A stretch of DNA of 64,000 bases from Armatimonadota bacterium. Lineage in GTDB: Bacteria; Armatimonadota; Zipacnadia; Zipacnadales; UBA11051. This document shows, piece by piece, positions 16,669 through 25,997 of the stretch. The number at the start of each line of letters is the position of its first letter. Position 1 is the stretch's first letter. The DNA is taken from contig JABLXH010000006.1 in the NCBI GenBank assembly GCA_013178155.1, forward strand, positions 37,292 through 101,291. The letters run 5' to 3'. The notes under the pieces were generated by a model that was not told the origin of the DNA, ran no database searches, and saw only the letters and a program-made list of their open reading frames with translations. The position numbers and the translations under genes are program-made.

Positions 16669-17879
16669 CGCTGGAAACCTCCGAATACGTCAGCAGCCTG
16701 GCTCTGCTCGCGGACGACCTGGTGATGTTTGAGCAGACCTTTGAGAGCCGGATGAACCTGTGTGAAACCCTCGCCGGGCGAGTGGCTGAGGCTCTGACTG
16801 CGGCCGGCGGCGAGCTCGACGCCCTTGCTGTATCCCTCGGCCCGGGTTCCTTCACGGGTCTGCGCGTCGGCCTGGCAACGGCCAAAGCCTTGGCCCACGC
16901 GCGCTCCTGGCCACTGGTGGGCATCTGCACCCAGGAGGCTATTGCGCTGGAAGCTGGCGCGAGTCCCGGCGACCTTCTTTGCGTGGTTCAGAGTGCGCGC
17001 CAGGGGCACTTCCATGCCGGCATCTGGGAGCGGACGGAGGGTTCCGTCCGGCCACGCAGCGGCCTGCAGGTGGTAGAAGCCGCGCAGCTCGACAGCATGC
17101 TGACCCCCGCAGTAGCCGCCGTTGTCGGTCCCGCGACCGACGCGGTCCTGGCCAGCGGTGTCCAACTGCCCCCACAGTGCCAACTGCAGACCGTGTATCC
17201 TACTGCCCGGGCCGTCGCACGGATGGCCCTCCCGAGGGTGGCGACCGCTGATCCCGATGCCTGTTTCTCGCTGCAGCCGATCTACCTGCTGCCCTCCCAG
17301 GCCGAACGAATGCGGCAACTCAACGTGGCGCCTGGCACTGTCCCCCGGCGTCGCGTCGTGGTCCGGCGGGCCAGCCTGGCTGATCTGCCCGACATCGTCC
17401 GTATCGAGTGTGCCAGCTTCCCCACGCCCTGGCCCGAGAAGGCCTTGCGCGAGGAGGTGACGCGGTCCCATGGCGGCCTGTTCCTGGTGGCCGAGCTGGA
17501 TGGTGCGGTGGCTGGTTACGTGGGCGCCTGGCTTTATGCCGGCGAGGCCCACATCCATAACGTGGCGGTGGACCCGGCGCTGCGGCGGGCCGGCCTGGCT
17601 GAGATCATGCTCCTGGTAATGCTTCAGCAGGCCGCGCAGGCGGGCGCTGACGAGGCTTTGCTGGAATACCGCACCGGCAACGATCCCGCCGCCAGCCTCT
17701 ACGCCAAGCTGGGCTTCAAGCCGGTGGGCCGCCGCAAGCGCTACTATCCGGATACGGGCGAAGATGCCATCGTCGCCTCCCTGGCCGACCTGTCGGCGGA
17801 GGCGCAACAGCAGGCCCTGGCGTCGCTGCGTCACCAGTGGGAACAACGGCATGGCTATGAGCTCCATGTTGAGATCTGA
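16656..17879 (+). CDS. tsaB: TsaB (YeaZ) fused to ribosomal-protein-alanine N-acetyltransferase RimI
   Basis: The N-terminus (MRLLALETSEYVSSLALL...SLGPGSFTGLRVGLATAKALA) is TsaB. The C-terminal ~150 aa is a GNAT domain (RASLADLPDIVRIECASFPTPWPE...VAVDPALRRAGLAEIML...). It overlaps tsaE at its 5' end and tsaD at its 3' end. Confidence 0.7.
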   Translation: MRLLALETSEYVSSLALLADDLVMFEQTFESRMNLCETLAGRVAEALTAAGGELDALAVSLGPGSFTGLRVGLATAKALAHARSWPLVGICTQEAIALEAGASPGDLLCVVQSARQGHFHAGIWERTEGSVRPRSGLQVVEAAQLDSMLTPAVAAVVGPATDAVLASGVQLPPQCQLQTVYPTARAVARMALPRVATADPDACFSLQPIYLLPSQAERMRQLNVAPGTVPRRRVVVRRASLADLPDIVRIECASFPTPWPEKALREEVTRSHGGLFLVAELDGAVAGYVGAWLYAGEAHIHNVAVDPALRRAGLAEIMLLVMLQQAAQAGADEALLEYRTGNDPAASLYAKLGFKPVGRRKRYYPDTGEDAIVASLADLSAEAQQQALASLRHQWEQRHGYELHVEI

Positions 17880-18897
17880 GCTGATCCTGGGCATTGAGAG
17901 CTCGTGCGACGACACCGCGGCGGCAGTCGTGGAGGCCGGACGTCGCGTAAGGTCCTCTGTGGTCGCCTCCCAGGAGGACATCCACGCTCTTTTCGGGGGC
18001 GTGGTGCCGGAGGTCGCCTCGCGCAAGCACGTCGAGGTCATCACCCGCGTCGTGCAGGAGGCTCTGGACCGCGCCAACTGCACCTGGAGGGATCTCGGCG
18101 GGATCGCGGTGACCAACGGCCCCGGTCTCATCGGCTCGCTGCTCGTGGGGGTAAGTGCCGCCAAGGCTTACCACGTGGCGACTGGTCTGCCGCTGGTCGG
18201 CGTGAACCACATCGCCGCCCATCTCATGTCCAACTTCTGCGACCTGCCCGAACAAGAGGGCGCGCCCGAGGACTTCCCGGCGGTTTGTCTGGTGGCCTCC
18301 GGAGGGCACAGCGACCTCTGCCTGCTTACCGACTTCGGCCAGTACGAGGTCATTGGCATGACGCGCGACGATGCCGCCGGGGAGGCCCTGGACAAGGCGG
18401 CGCGGCTGCTGGGCCTCGGCTATCCCGGGGGCCCGGCGCTCGAGAAAGCCGCGCGTGAAGGTCACGACCGCTTCAGCCTGCCGCGCCCCGCCCTGGGAGA
18501 CAGCTACGACTTCTCGTTCTCTGGTCTGAAGACGGCATTGGTGCGTCTCATCGAGGAACTGCGGGGCGAGAGCCCAGCGGGTGCCGTCCTCCCCGTGGCG
18601 GACCTGGCCCACTCATTCCAACAGGCCGTCGTGGATACTCTGGTTCGCAACACGATGCGGGCGGCCGAGGCGTATGGGGCGCGACAGGTCCTGCTGGCAG
18701 GGGGCGTAGCGGCGAACTCGGTGCTCCGGGCTGAGCTCTCAGCGGCCGGAAAAAGACTGGGCCTGCCCGTGCGTTATCCGCCGCTGCGGTTATGCACTGA
18801 CAACGCCGCGATGGTGGCCGCGGCCGGTTACCATCGCCTCAGCGGGGGCCAAAACGACAACACGGGGCTGGACGTCTTCTCAGCCCTGGACCATTGA
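17851..18897 (+). CDS. tsaD: tRNA N6-adenosine threonylcarbamoyltransferase TsaD
   Basis: LILGIESSCDDTAAAVV and GVNHIAAHL (the His/His metal site) are present. The start is chosen among Met30, Met32 and Met35 of the track ORF, which are ambiguous. Confidence 0.8.
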   Translation: MAMSSMLRSELILGIESSCDDTAAAVVEAGRRVRSSVVASQEDIHALFGGVVPEVASRKHVEVITRVVQEALDRANCTWRDLGGIAVTNGPGLIGSLLVGVSAAKAYHVATGLPLVGVNHIAAHLMSNFCDLPEQEGAPEDFPAVCLVASGGHSDLCLLTDFGQYEVIGMTRDDAAGEALDKAARLLGLGYPGGPALEKAAREGHDRFSLPRPALGDSYDFSFSGLKTALVRLIEELRGESPAGAVLPVADLAHSFQQAVVDTLVRNTMRAAEAYGARQVLLAGGVAANSVLRAELSAAGKRLGLPVRYPPLRLCTDNAAMVAAAGYHRLSGGQNDNTGLDVFSALDH

Positions 18898-20025
18898 CCG
18901 TCCCACACCACGCCGGCGACGCCACTGCCAGAAGGCGCCGCCTCCCAAGCCCGCCAGCATGAGCGCCCAGGTGCTGGGCTCGGGCGCCAGCCACTCCAGC
19001 CGGTACGCATGGGTCTCCCCGTTGATGGTCCCCGTGCCCACGATCCAGCCGTGGCGGTTGATGGCCTCTGCAGAGGTCAGGGTCCAGCCGAGGGTGGGGT
19101 CTATCAGGCTATTGAGGTCCACCATGTTCTCCCCGTCCCACAGAAACGCCCGGTAGAGGCTGCTGGCGTTCAGCGAGCGGCCGACGACATGGCCGTAGTA
19201 GTTCACGCACTGGCCGTAGCTGACGGAACCGCCAAGTGTCCCCAGGTCGGTGGCGCCGTTGGCGTCGCCGAGAAAGGCGTGGATGATCGTCGGTGAGGAG
19301 GGGAGACTGCTGTAGCCCGTGATCAGTCCGCTGTTGTTGATGGAAGTGGCCACGCTATAGTCGCCGCCGAGATCGGGAAGAGCCGACATCACGCCATCCT
19401 GGTAGATGAACGCGCGCCGGTAATCGTCTGCGTCGTAGGAGTAGCCGACCACGGTCCCGCTGTCATTGATGCCATAGGCCACGGATACCCAGCCGCCCAG
19501 CGTCCCCAGGTCGGTCATGGTGCCGTCTTCCCAGAGGAAGGCGTGCTCCTCCCAGTCGTCGGTGGTCGAGGCGTAGCCAACCACCTGGCCGCTGGCGTTG
19601 ACGGCGTAGGCCTCTCCGTAGGACCCACCGTGTGTGCCCAGGTCGGTCATTACGCCACCGGAGTAGAGAAAGGGGCGGATGTTGCCATACTCGTCTTCCG
19701 AATAGCCGACGATGTCGCCGCTGCTATTGGTGCCTACGGCGCCGCTGTAGGTGCCGCCAGTAAGGGTGCCCAGGTCAGTCATGGCACCTTCAGACCACTG
19801 GAAGGCATGGGTCTCGTAGCTCTCGTTCTCGCTCTCCCCGACCACTGCACCATCCGCCGTGATACCTGTGGCCCGGCTGTATGACCCGCCCAGCGTGCCA
19901 AGATCGGTGATGTGGAAATAGGCGTCGGCTTTGGCCGTGCCGCATGCCGCAAGCGCCAGTGCAGCCAGAAGCACCACAGGCAGAGCCAGATGTCTCATGG
20001 CGTCTCCAGTCAGCCGGGAACGCAT
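18880..20025 (-). CDS. HAF-family extracellular repeat protein with a lipoprotein-type signal (LAAC) and a C-terminal PEP-CTERM sorting signal
   Basis: About eight repeats of roughly 44 aa (HAFLW..G.MTDLGTLGG...A.GIN.SG.VVGYS). The C-terminus reads LAPEPSTWALMLAGLGGGAFWQWRRRRG, that is PEP, then a TM, then an Arg cluster. The signal peptide ends ALALAACG. Confidence 0.6.
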   Translation of the reverse strand: MRSRLTGDAMRHLALPVVLLAALALAACGTAKADAYFHITDLGTLGGSYSRATGITADGAVVGESENESYETHAFQWSEGAMTDLGTLTGGTYSGAVGTNSSGDIVGYSEDEYGNIRPFLYSGGVMTDLGTHGGSYGEAYAVNASGQVVGYASTTDDWEEHAFLWEDGTMTDLGTLGGWVSVAYGINDSGTVVGYSYDADDYRRAFIYQDGVMSALPDLGGDYSVATSINNSGLITGYSSLPSSPTIIHAFLGDANGATDLGTLGGSVSYGQCVNYYGHVVGRSLNASSLYRAFLWDGENMVDLNSLIDPTLGWTLTSAEAINRHGWIVGTGTINGETHAYRLEWLAPEPSTWALMLAGLGGGAFWQWRRRRGVGRSMVQG

Positions 20026-20255
20026 TCCGCTAGTTGCGGACTCTCTGTATGATGCTTCCAGCCTAACGTTGGCCCCTCAAGACCGGCGCAAAGTGCCCAA
20101 GACTGCTGGTCAAGGTGGCTGGCGAGGCCGTGAGACGGCACCGGAAGCAGCTCGGTAGCTGCCGGCCTGTCCGGCTTGTTTCTCTTCAGGGCTAGTGGAG
20201 CGAGGGGGAAACCTGTGGAAAACCCCGTTGATAACCGCTGTCACAGCCCCGCCAA

Positions 20256-21980
20256 GTGTGGAAAACAGCTTACAAAGCGCTTATGTACCCCGGTCACGGT
20301 CTCCTGGCACAGAGGGCGCCCATCCCCTGGGGGCGAACCTCCAGATGCGCCCTGCACCCAGGCCATGACTACTCGGGAGGCCAGTCTGTGCCGACTGCGA
20401 ACTCTCTGTCACAGCCAGCGCCTGACCGCGGACACGGTCTCCCTGTCGGCCTTCTCGTCGCTGGGATCGTGGTGGTGGGCATGGTGGCCGCGGCAGTCGC
20501 CCTTTTCGGCACCACGGACTACGACGAGGGGGGCTATGCCTACGGGGGCTGGCTGGTTTGGACCCAGGGCTGGGTGCCGTATCGTGATTTCTTCACCCGT
20601 ATCCCACCGCTCTTGTACTACATCTATGGCATACCGCAGTCCGTCTTCGGCCCGAGCCTCCTGGTGGCACGCCTGACCTCCACGGCCTTTGCTGGACTGT
20701 CAATCGGCCTGGCGGCCGTGGTGGCACGACGGTTGGCAGGAGCCTGGGCTGCGGTCGCCGTTGTGTGGCTGTTTGCGACCAGCACAGTGGTGATGGGCTA
20801 CCATTTCCATGCCATGGCTCCGGGTGTCACGGGCAGCTTTGTGGTCCTGGCGCTCGTCGGCCTGACCTGGCACTCGCGCCCGGCGGCGGGCGCCTTGCTC
20901 AGCGGCGCAGCTACTGCCCTGATGGTGCTCTCGCGCCACGATACGGCGCCCATGGCGGGGGTGGTCGTCGCCTACCTCGTGTTGTGGCACCCGGCGCCCC
21001 TCAAGCATCGCGTGGGGGCCCTGGTGCTGGCGGCCGCGCTGCTCACGGTCGTGATGGTGCCGCTATACCACATGGCACCCGACGCCGTGGCCTACATGCT
21101 GACCGTGGGCCGGTCCGCCCCGCCCGACGTCCGCCCGCAGGCGTTCATGATTGGAGAGGCGGTAAACGCCCACACGATGGCGCACGGCTTGTGGCTGTGG
21201 ACGAAATACCGTGCGGGTGTGGTCGTGCTGCTGATCGGCGCCGCTGCTCTGGCGTGGTGGTGTCGCCGGCGGGGTTCTGTGCTCAAGCTGCCTGATGGCA
21301 CGGCGCTGGCGCTGGCGGTAGGCGCGGCCCAGGTGTTCGTGTGCCTGGTGGGCATCATCGTCCTGCGCTACAGCCCCTCCACGTTGCTGTATCCCTTCGA
21401 TTTCTGGCCCCTGGCGGTTGGGGCCGCTGTGCTGTTTGCGTCAGCAGCACGGCAGACACCCGTCACGTTCCGTCGGTGGGGACCTGCGCTGGCCCCGGCA
21501 GTTGTCGGCGGTGTGATGGCCTTCGGCTGGGGACCCCACGTCGGGATTACTACCGGGCGGCCCACGGTGCTGGAACGAGTGGACAGCGGCGCCAGACTCA
21601 TCGCTGAGCACACCTCCCCAAAGGACCGCATCTTCACGGTCAACGACCCTCACGAGTTTCTGCAGGCGCAGCGCGTGATATTACCGGAGCTGTTCGAGGC
21701 GTTCTTCAACTTCCGCGACTCCCGGTCTACCGCCGTCCTGGATCGGCTGCGCCTTTTCAACCGGGAGATGATCCAGCAGTGGCTGTCTGGCGACGCCAAT
21801 GTTGCCGTTGTTAGTGACCACTCGCTGAGCTGGGTCCGTCACAGCGGCCGCTACGCCGGAGGCGAGGCCCTGTACCGGGTGATCCAGGATGGCCTGGATC
21901 GCAACTACGACCTGATCGCGGAGACGGAGGGGACGCTTGGTGGACGACTCCGCATCTATCGGCTGAAGGCCTCGCCTTGA
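20256..21980 (+). CDS. GT-C fold (ArnT/PMT-like) polytopic membrane glycosyltransferase; true start probably near 20440-20480
   Basis: More than 10 hydrophobic helices. The first periplasmic loop carries the motif TDYDEGGYAYGGW (DE..Y, GT-C family 39/83-like). The N-terminal about 60 aa of the track ORF look non-coding. Confidence 0.45.
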   Translation: MWKTAYKALMYPGHGLLAQRAPIPWGRTSRCALHPGHDYSGGQSVPTANSLSQPAPDRGHGLPVGLLVAGIVVVGMVAAAVALFGTTDYDEGGYAYGGWLVWTQGWVPYRDFFTRIPPLLYYIYGIPQSVFGPSLLVARLTSTAFAGLSIGLAAVVARRLAGAWAAVAVVWLFATSTVVMGYHFHAMAPGVTGSFVVLALVGLTWHSRPAAGALLSGAATALMVLSRHDTAPMAGVVVAYLVLWHPAPLKHRVGALVLAAALLTVVMVPLYHMAPDAVAYMLTVGRSAPPDVRPQAFMIGEAVNAHTMAHGLWLWTKYRAGVVVLLIGAAALAWWCRRRGSVLKLPDGTALALAVGAAQVFVCLVGIIVLRYSPSTLLYPFDFWPLAVGAAVLFASAARQTPVTFRRWGPALAPAVVGGVMAFGWGPHVGITTGRPTVLERVDSGARLIAEHTSPKDRIFTVNDPHEFLQAQRVILPELFEAFFNFRDSRSTAVLDRLRLFNREMIQQWLSGDANVAVVSDHSLSWVRHSGRYAGGEALYRVIQDGLDRNYDLIAETEGTLGGRLRIYRLKASP

Positions 21981-22066
21981 GGCAGGTATCCGCCCGCTGC
22001 CACCGAAACTGCCTTCTTGCAGGCCGGCACCTGCAGATGTCTTACGCTTACGTATGAGGAGCGCCC

Positions 22067-23101
22067 ATGGCTACGAAGAGCCCGATCAAGGTCGCTGTTG
22101 TTGGTCTGGGTCGCGCTGGCTGGGATATCCACATCCGGCGCCTGCGCGACGATGAACGCTTCCGTATCACGGCTGTTGCTGACTGGCTGCCCGAGCGGCT
22201 GAAGGAGGCCGCCGATGCCTTCGGCTGTGCCACCTTCACCAACCATCGGGACATGCTGAAGAGCGCCGACGCTGACCTGGTGGTGGTTGCGACATTCTCC
22301 GACACCCACCCGTCCGTCACCAAAGACGCCCTGAGAGCCGGCTACCACGTTGTTTGCGACAAGCCCATCGCCAACAGCGTGGCCGAGGCCAGGTCCATGA
22401 TCGCGGCCGCCGAGAAGTCGGGCAAGACCCTGCTCATCCACCACAACTACCGTTTCTTCCCCGAAGTGCGGTATCTGCTGGAACTGGTGAAGTCCAGGCG
22501 GCTGGGCGAGGTCTTTGAGATCCGCATGCGCGCGCTGCACTTCGGGCGCCGCTGGGACTGGCAGACCATGCGCCAACACTATGGCGGTGTGCTCAACAAC
22601 ACCTGCCCGCACTTCCTGGACATTGGCCTGCAGCTCCTGGGCAGCCCCGTCAAGGACCTTTTCTGCGACCTGAAGCAGGTCCTCTCGCCTGGTGATGTCG
22701 AGGACCATGTGAAGGTCATCCTCCGGGGCGAGAACGGCCGGGTGTATGACATGGAGGTCTCGTCGGTCTGCAAGTTCGAGGAGCCCAAGTGGACGGTCCT
22801 GGGTAGCCTGGGCACCATGATCTCCGATGGCCAGACCAGCAAGCTGCAATGGATCAACCCCAAAGCCAGCAGCAAGATCAAGCAGCTCCACGGAGCGGCT
22901 CCGGACCGCGCCTACTGCCAGGATACAGGTCTGGAGTGGCACGAGACCGTGGAGCCCACCGTCGGCCCCAGCATCGGCGATTTCTACGACAACGTCTGGG
23001 CGGTCCTGCGCGAGAAGAAGAAGCCCGTGGTGACCCTGGAGCAGGCCCTGGAGGTCGTGCGAGTGACGCAAGCGTGCAAGAAGGTCAGCGGGTACTACTA
23101 G
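22067..23101 (+). CDS. Gfo/Idh/MocA family oxidoreductase
   Basis: IKVAVVGLGRAGWDIHIRRL Rossmann motif, 344 aa. The longer antisense ORF 21956..23146 is rejected. Confidence 0.65.
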   Translation: MATKSPIKVAVVGLGRAGWDIHIRRLRDDERFRITAVADWLPERLKEAADAFGCATFTNHRDMLKSADADLVVVATFSDTHPSVTKDALRAGYHVVCDKPIANSVAEARSMIAAAEKSGKTLLIHHNYRFFPEVRYLLELVKSRRLGEVFEIRMRALHFGRRWDWQTMRQHYGGVLNNTCPHFLDIGLQLLGSPVKDLFCDLKQVLSPGDVEDHVKVILRGENGRVYDMEVSSVCKFEEPKWTVLGSLGTMISDGQTSKLQWINPKASSKIKQLHGAAPDRAYCQDTGLEWHETVEPTVGPSIGDFYDNVWAVLREKKKPVVTLEQALEVVRVTQACKKVSGYY

Positions 23102-23310
23102 ACGGCAGTCGTCATTGCTGAGCGACGGAGGGGCCGAATCGGCCAAGCGGCTGCGAAGCAGACGCTAAGGCCCCATCCGACCCCGGGATTCCCACGGGGA
23201 TGGCCGGATCGGGTCCTACCGGTGGTCCGAGCGGCGACCGCCGATTGTTCCCCCTATGCAGCCTCTCGGCTGGTTCGCCCATAGTTTCGTACCAAGTGAG
23301 GTGTCCTGTC

Positions 23311-24309
23311 ATGTCTGACTTCGCCACCCTCGCCACCGTCACCCGCAACGGGATCGTCGAGAGCACACACCTGGGAGACCTGGTGGTGTGCGATGTGCAT
23401 GGGCACATCATGTCCAGCGCCGGCGATCCCGGGCGGGTGTGCTATTACCGCTCCTCGGGCAAGCCGCTGCAGGCACTGACGGTGGTCATGTCGGGCGCGG
23501 CGGACCAGTTCGCCTTCACCGAGACCGAGCTGGCCATCTGCTGCGCCTCGCACCATGGCTGCCGGGCCCATGTGCTGACCGTGGCGGGCATCCTGGAGAA
23601 GCTGGGGCTGGACGAGAGTGCGCTGCTGTGCGGGGTCCACGAGCCTTCGGACCCGGCGGAGCGTAACCGCCTCATCAAGGCGGGCGAGGCGCCGTCGCCG
23701 CTGCACAACAACTGCTCCGGCAAACACGCCGGCATGTTGGCCGCGGCCCTGGCGATGGGAGCGCCGGTGGACAACTACCTGGACCTGGACCATCCGGTGC
23801 AGCGGCACATTGCCGCGAACCTGGCTCTGGCGATCGGCCTGTCAGCGGACGAGTTCCGCTTTGCCCCGGACGGTTGCGGGGCCCCGGTGCTGGCCGTGCC
23901 GCTCTCCGCCATGGCAACCTCCTACGCCCGCCTGGCCAACCCGGTGAACATGCCTCCCGACTTCGCCGCCGCCGCCAAGCGCGTCGTGCAGGCCATGGCG
24001 ACCGCGCCGGAGATGATCAGTGCCCCGCGGGCCTTCAACTCCGACCTGCTGGACGTCGGCAACGGCCACCTGGTGGCGAAGGGGGGCGCCGAGGGGCTGA
24101 TGTGCGTGGGGATCGTGGACCCGCGCGGCCTGGGGCTGGCGGTGAAGGCCGCTGATGGCTCGTTCCGCGCTCTCCCGGCGGTGACCATCAAGGCTCTCTA
24201 CGACCTCGGCGCCCTGTCGGACGCCCAGATGGCGGCCCTGCAGCAGCATGCCCACCCGCAAGTGACCAACTGCCATGGAGTGGTGGTTGGCGAGATCATC
24301 CCGGCGTAA
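23311..24309 (+). CDS. asparaginase-II family (Rhizobium-type L-asparaginase) protein
   Basis: MSDFATLATVTRNGIVESTHLGDLVVCD...HNNCSGKHAGMLA resembles Pfam Asparaginase_II. RBS GAGGTG lies 7 nt upstream of the ATG at 23311. Confidence 0.5.
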   Translation: MSDFATLATVTRNGIVESTHLGDLVVCDVHGHIMSSAGDPGRVCYYRSSGKPLQALTVVMSGAADQFAFTETELAICCASHHGCRAHVLTVAGILEKLGLDESALLCGVHEPSDPAERNRLIKAGEAPSPLHNNCSGKHAGMLAAALAMGAPVDNYLDLDHPVQRHIAANLALAIGLSADEFRFAPDGCGAPVLAVPLSAMATSYARLANPVNMPPDFAAAAKRVVQAMATAPEMISAPRAFNSDLLDVGNGHLVAKGGAEGLMCVGIVDPRGLGLAVKAADGSFRALPAVTIKALYDLGALSDAQMAALQQHAHPQVTNCHGVVVGEIIPA

Positions 24310-24398
24310 CGCATTGCGGCGACGGAATCCCCTGCAGCGACACCGGCCCGGCGCGGGCGGTCGGGTACTGAGGCCGCGGGCGTCCTTCGGCCCTCGCC

Positions 24399-25994
24399 CT
24401 ACAGCGACCGCAACACCTGCGCCCGCGCCTGCTGCTGCCAGCCCTCGGTCTTCGGGAAGTCGCAGAAGTCGCGCAGTTCCGCCAGTAGTGGCCCGCTTGG
24501 GTCCACGCCGGCGGTCTGCAACAGCGCCAGATCCTGCAGGGACTCGGCGAAGACCTGCCCCCGGATGGACCCGAGCGGCCCGCTCGCGCCGGGGTAGACC
24601 AGCATGGTGTCACCATAGGCCCAGCCCGGCCAGGCCAAGCCATCGGTGACCGTGAACGGGTCAATAAGCTGCCGAGTCTGCGACTTGTACCAGTAGTTGA
24701 AGCCCCAGTGCAGGAAGCCCAGCCGTTGGAAGCGGTAGAAGAGCCAGCCGGCCATCCGGATCTTGGGCAGCGGCGTGTCCAGCAGGCGGTTGAGGTAGCG
24801 CCCGCGCGGGCCGCAGCAGAAGTAGGTCCAGCTCGGGATGCCTTCCTCCGCGTACTGCCGGCTGACGGCGATGGAGGGGATGGGAATGTCGGTCAGCCCC
24901 TCGCGACCGTAGTCCACCTCGCTGAGCGCGTCCATGGTCTTGATCCACGGTGCCAGGCCTTGCAGCATGGCTCGCGCGGCCACATAGTTGGCCTTGTGTT
25001 CCGCCCCATGGGGCTCGTCGGAGACATGGAAGAACGAGCGGTCAAGCAGCCGGCGGCGCTTCAGGAAGGCGTGCAGTTCGGGCAGTAGCTGGGCCAGGAA
25101 GCCGCGGTAGGTCTCGGAGGTCGCCCCGGTGTCGGCGGGCCAAAGCAGCCTCTCGTCCAGGCCCTGGTCGTGGTAGATGCGCAGGGCGTACTTGACACCC
25201 CACTGGGTGAAGAAGTGCGACCACTCGAAGTTGCGTACGCCCCGCGCCTGCGCCAGCTTCACCCATTTCTCCACATCTGACCAGTCGAACTCGTACTTCG
25301 CCCCGCGCTTGCGCACGCGCAGAAGCTGCGTCGGGCGCTTCACGCCGTCCAGCGGCGGCGTGAACAGCGGTGTCAGTAGCGTGTCGAAGCCGTGGGCGAC
25401 GTAGCTGTCGAAGTACCGCTCCAATAGCCCCCACAGCGGCCTGGTCCAGGGGTCCACTTTGTACCAGTCGCACAGCGAGTCGGCGTAGAACCAGTGGGTG
25501 ACGGGGAAGTCGCGGCGCGGCTGTAGTTCGGGGCGCAGGACCTGCACCGTGGCCTTCAGCGTGTGGGTCTTCCCGCCGGCGGCCAGGGCGACAGGGACGG
25601 TGTAGCTGCCCGGCTTGGCATCGCGAGGCACACGGACGGTAACCCAGAAGGCTTGCACCTCGCCAGGCGCCACCAGGGCCTCGGCGTCATCCCAGAGGAC
25701 GTCCGGGACGTAGCCCGGAATGTGCCCCACACCGTCCAGCTCGTCGGCTGGGGTCTCGGTGTTGAAATGCGGCACGGGCACGCAGCCGACACGACGGACG
25801 GTGACGTCCAAGGCCACGCACTCCGCCGCGGCGGCGCTGACCGTCACCGGTCGGTCCGCGGCGACCCGCACGCAGGCCTGGAACGAGACCTGTTCGCCGC
25901 GCAGGGCCTGCAGCTTCGGGGACTTCAGCGCCTCCGGCTCGCTGCGCGGATACCAGCGACGGAGGGAGGTGGAGAGCCAGGTCTGCGTAGCCAT
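24399..25994 (-). CDS. hypothetical protein, DUF4091-like putative glycoside hydrolase
   Basis: 531 aa and cytoplasmic-looking. The family assignment is from memory of DUF4091 proteins found in glycan loci and is low-confidence. It is the last gene of the long minus-strand operon. Confidence 0.35.
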   Translation of the reverse strand: MATQTWLSTSLRRWYPRSEPEALKSPKLQALRGEQVSFQACVRVAADRPVTVSAAAAECVALDVTVRRVGCVPVPHFNTETPADELDGVGHIPGYVPDVLWDDAEALVAPGEVQAFWVTVRVPRDAKPGSYTVPVALAAGGKTHTLKATVQVLRPELQPRRDFPVTHWFYADSLCDWYKVDPWTRPLWGLLERYFDSYVAHGFDTLLTPLFTPPLDGVKRPTQLLRVRKRGAKYEFDWSDVEKWVKLAQARGVRNFEWSHFFTQWGVKYALRIYHDQGLDERLLWPADTGATSETYRGFLAQLLPELHAFLKRRRLLDRSFFHVSDEPHGAEHKANYVAARAMLQGLAPWIKTMDALSEVDYGREGLTDIPIPSIAVSRQYAEEGIPSWTYFCCGPRGRYLNRLLDTPLPKIRMAGWLFYRFQRLGFLHWGFNYWYKSQTRQLIDPFTVTDGLAWPGWAYGDTMLVYPGASGPLGSIRGQVFAESLQDLALLQTAGVDPSGPLLAELRDFCDFPKTEGWQQQARAQVLRSL

Positions 25995-25997
25995 GGG

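Noticed and set aside
20025-20440. tRNA or small RNA gene in the 400-bp HAF/GT-C intergenic region (and in the other gaps of more than 150 bp).
   Set aside because: No cloverleaf, T-loop GTTCRANYC motif, or acceptor/CCA pattern was found by eye. Only short repeated motifs are present.
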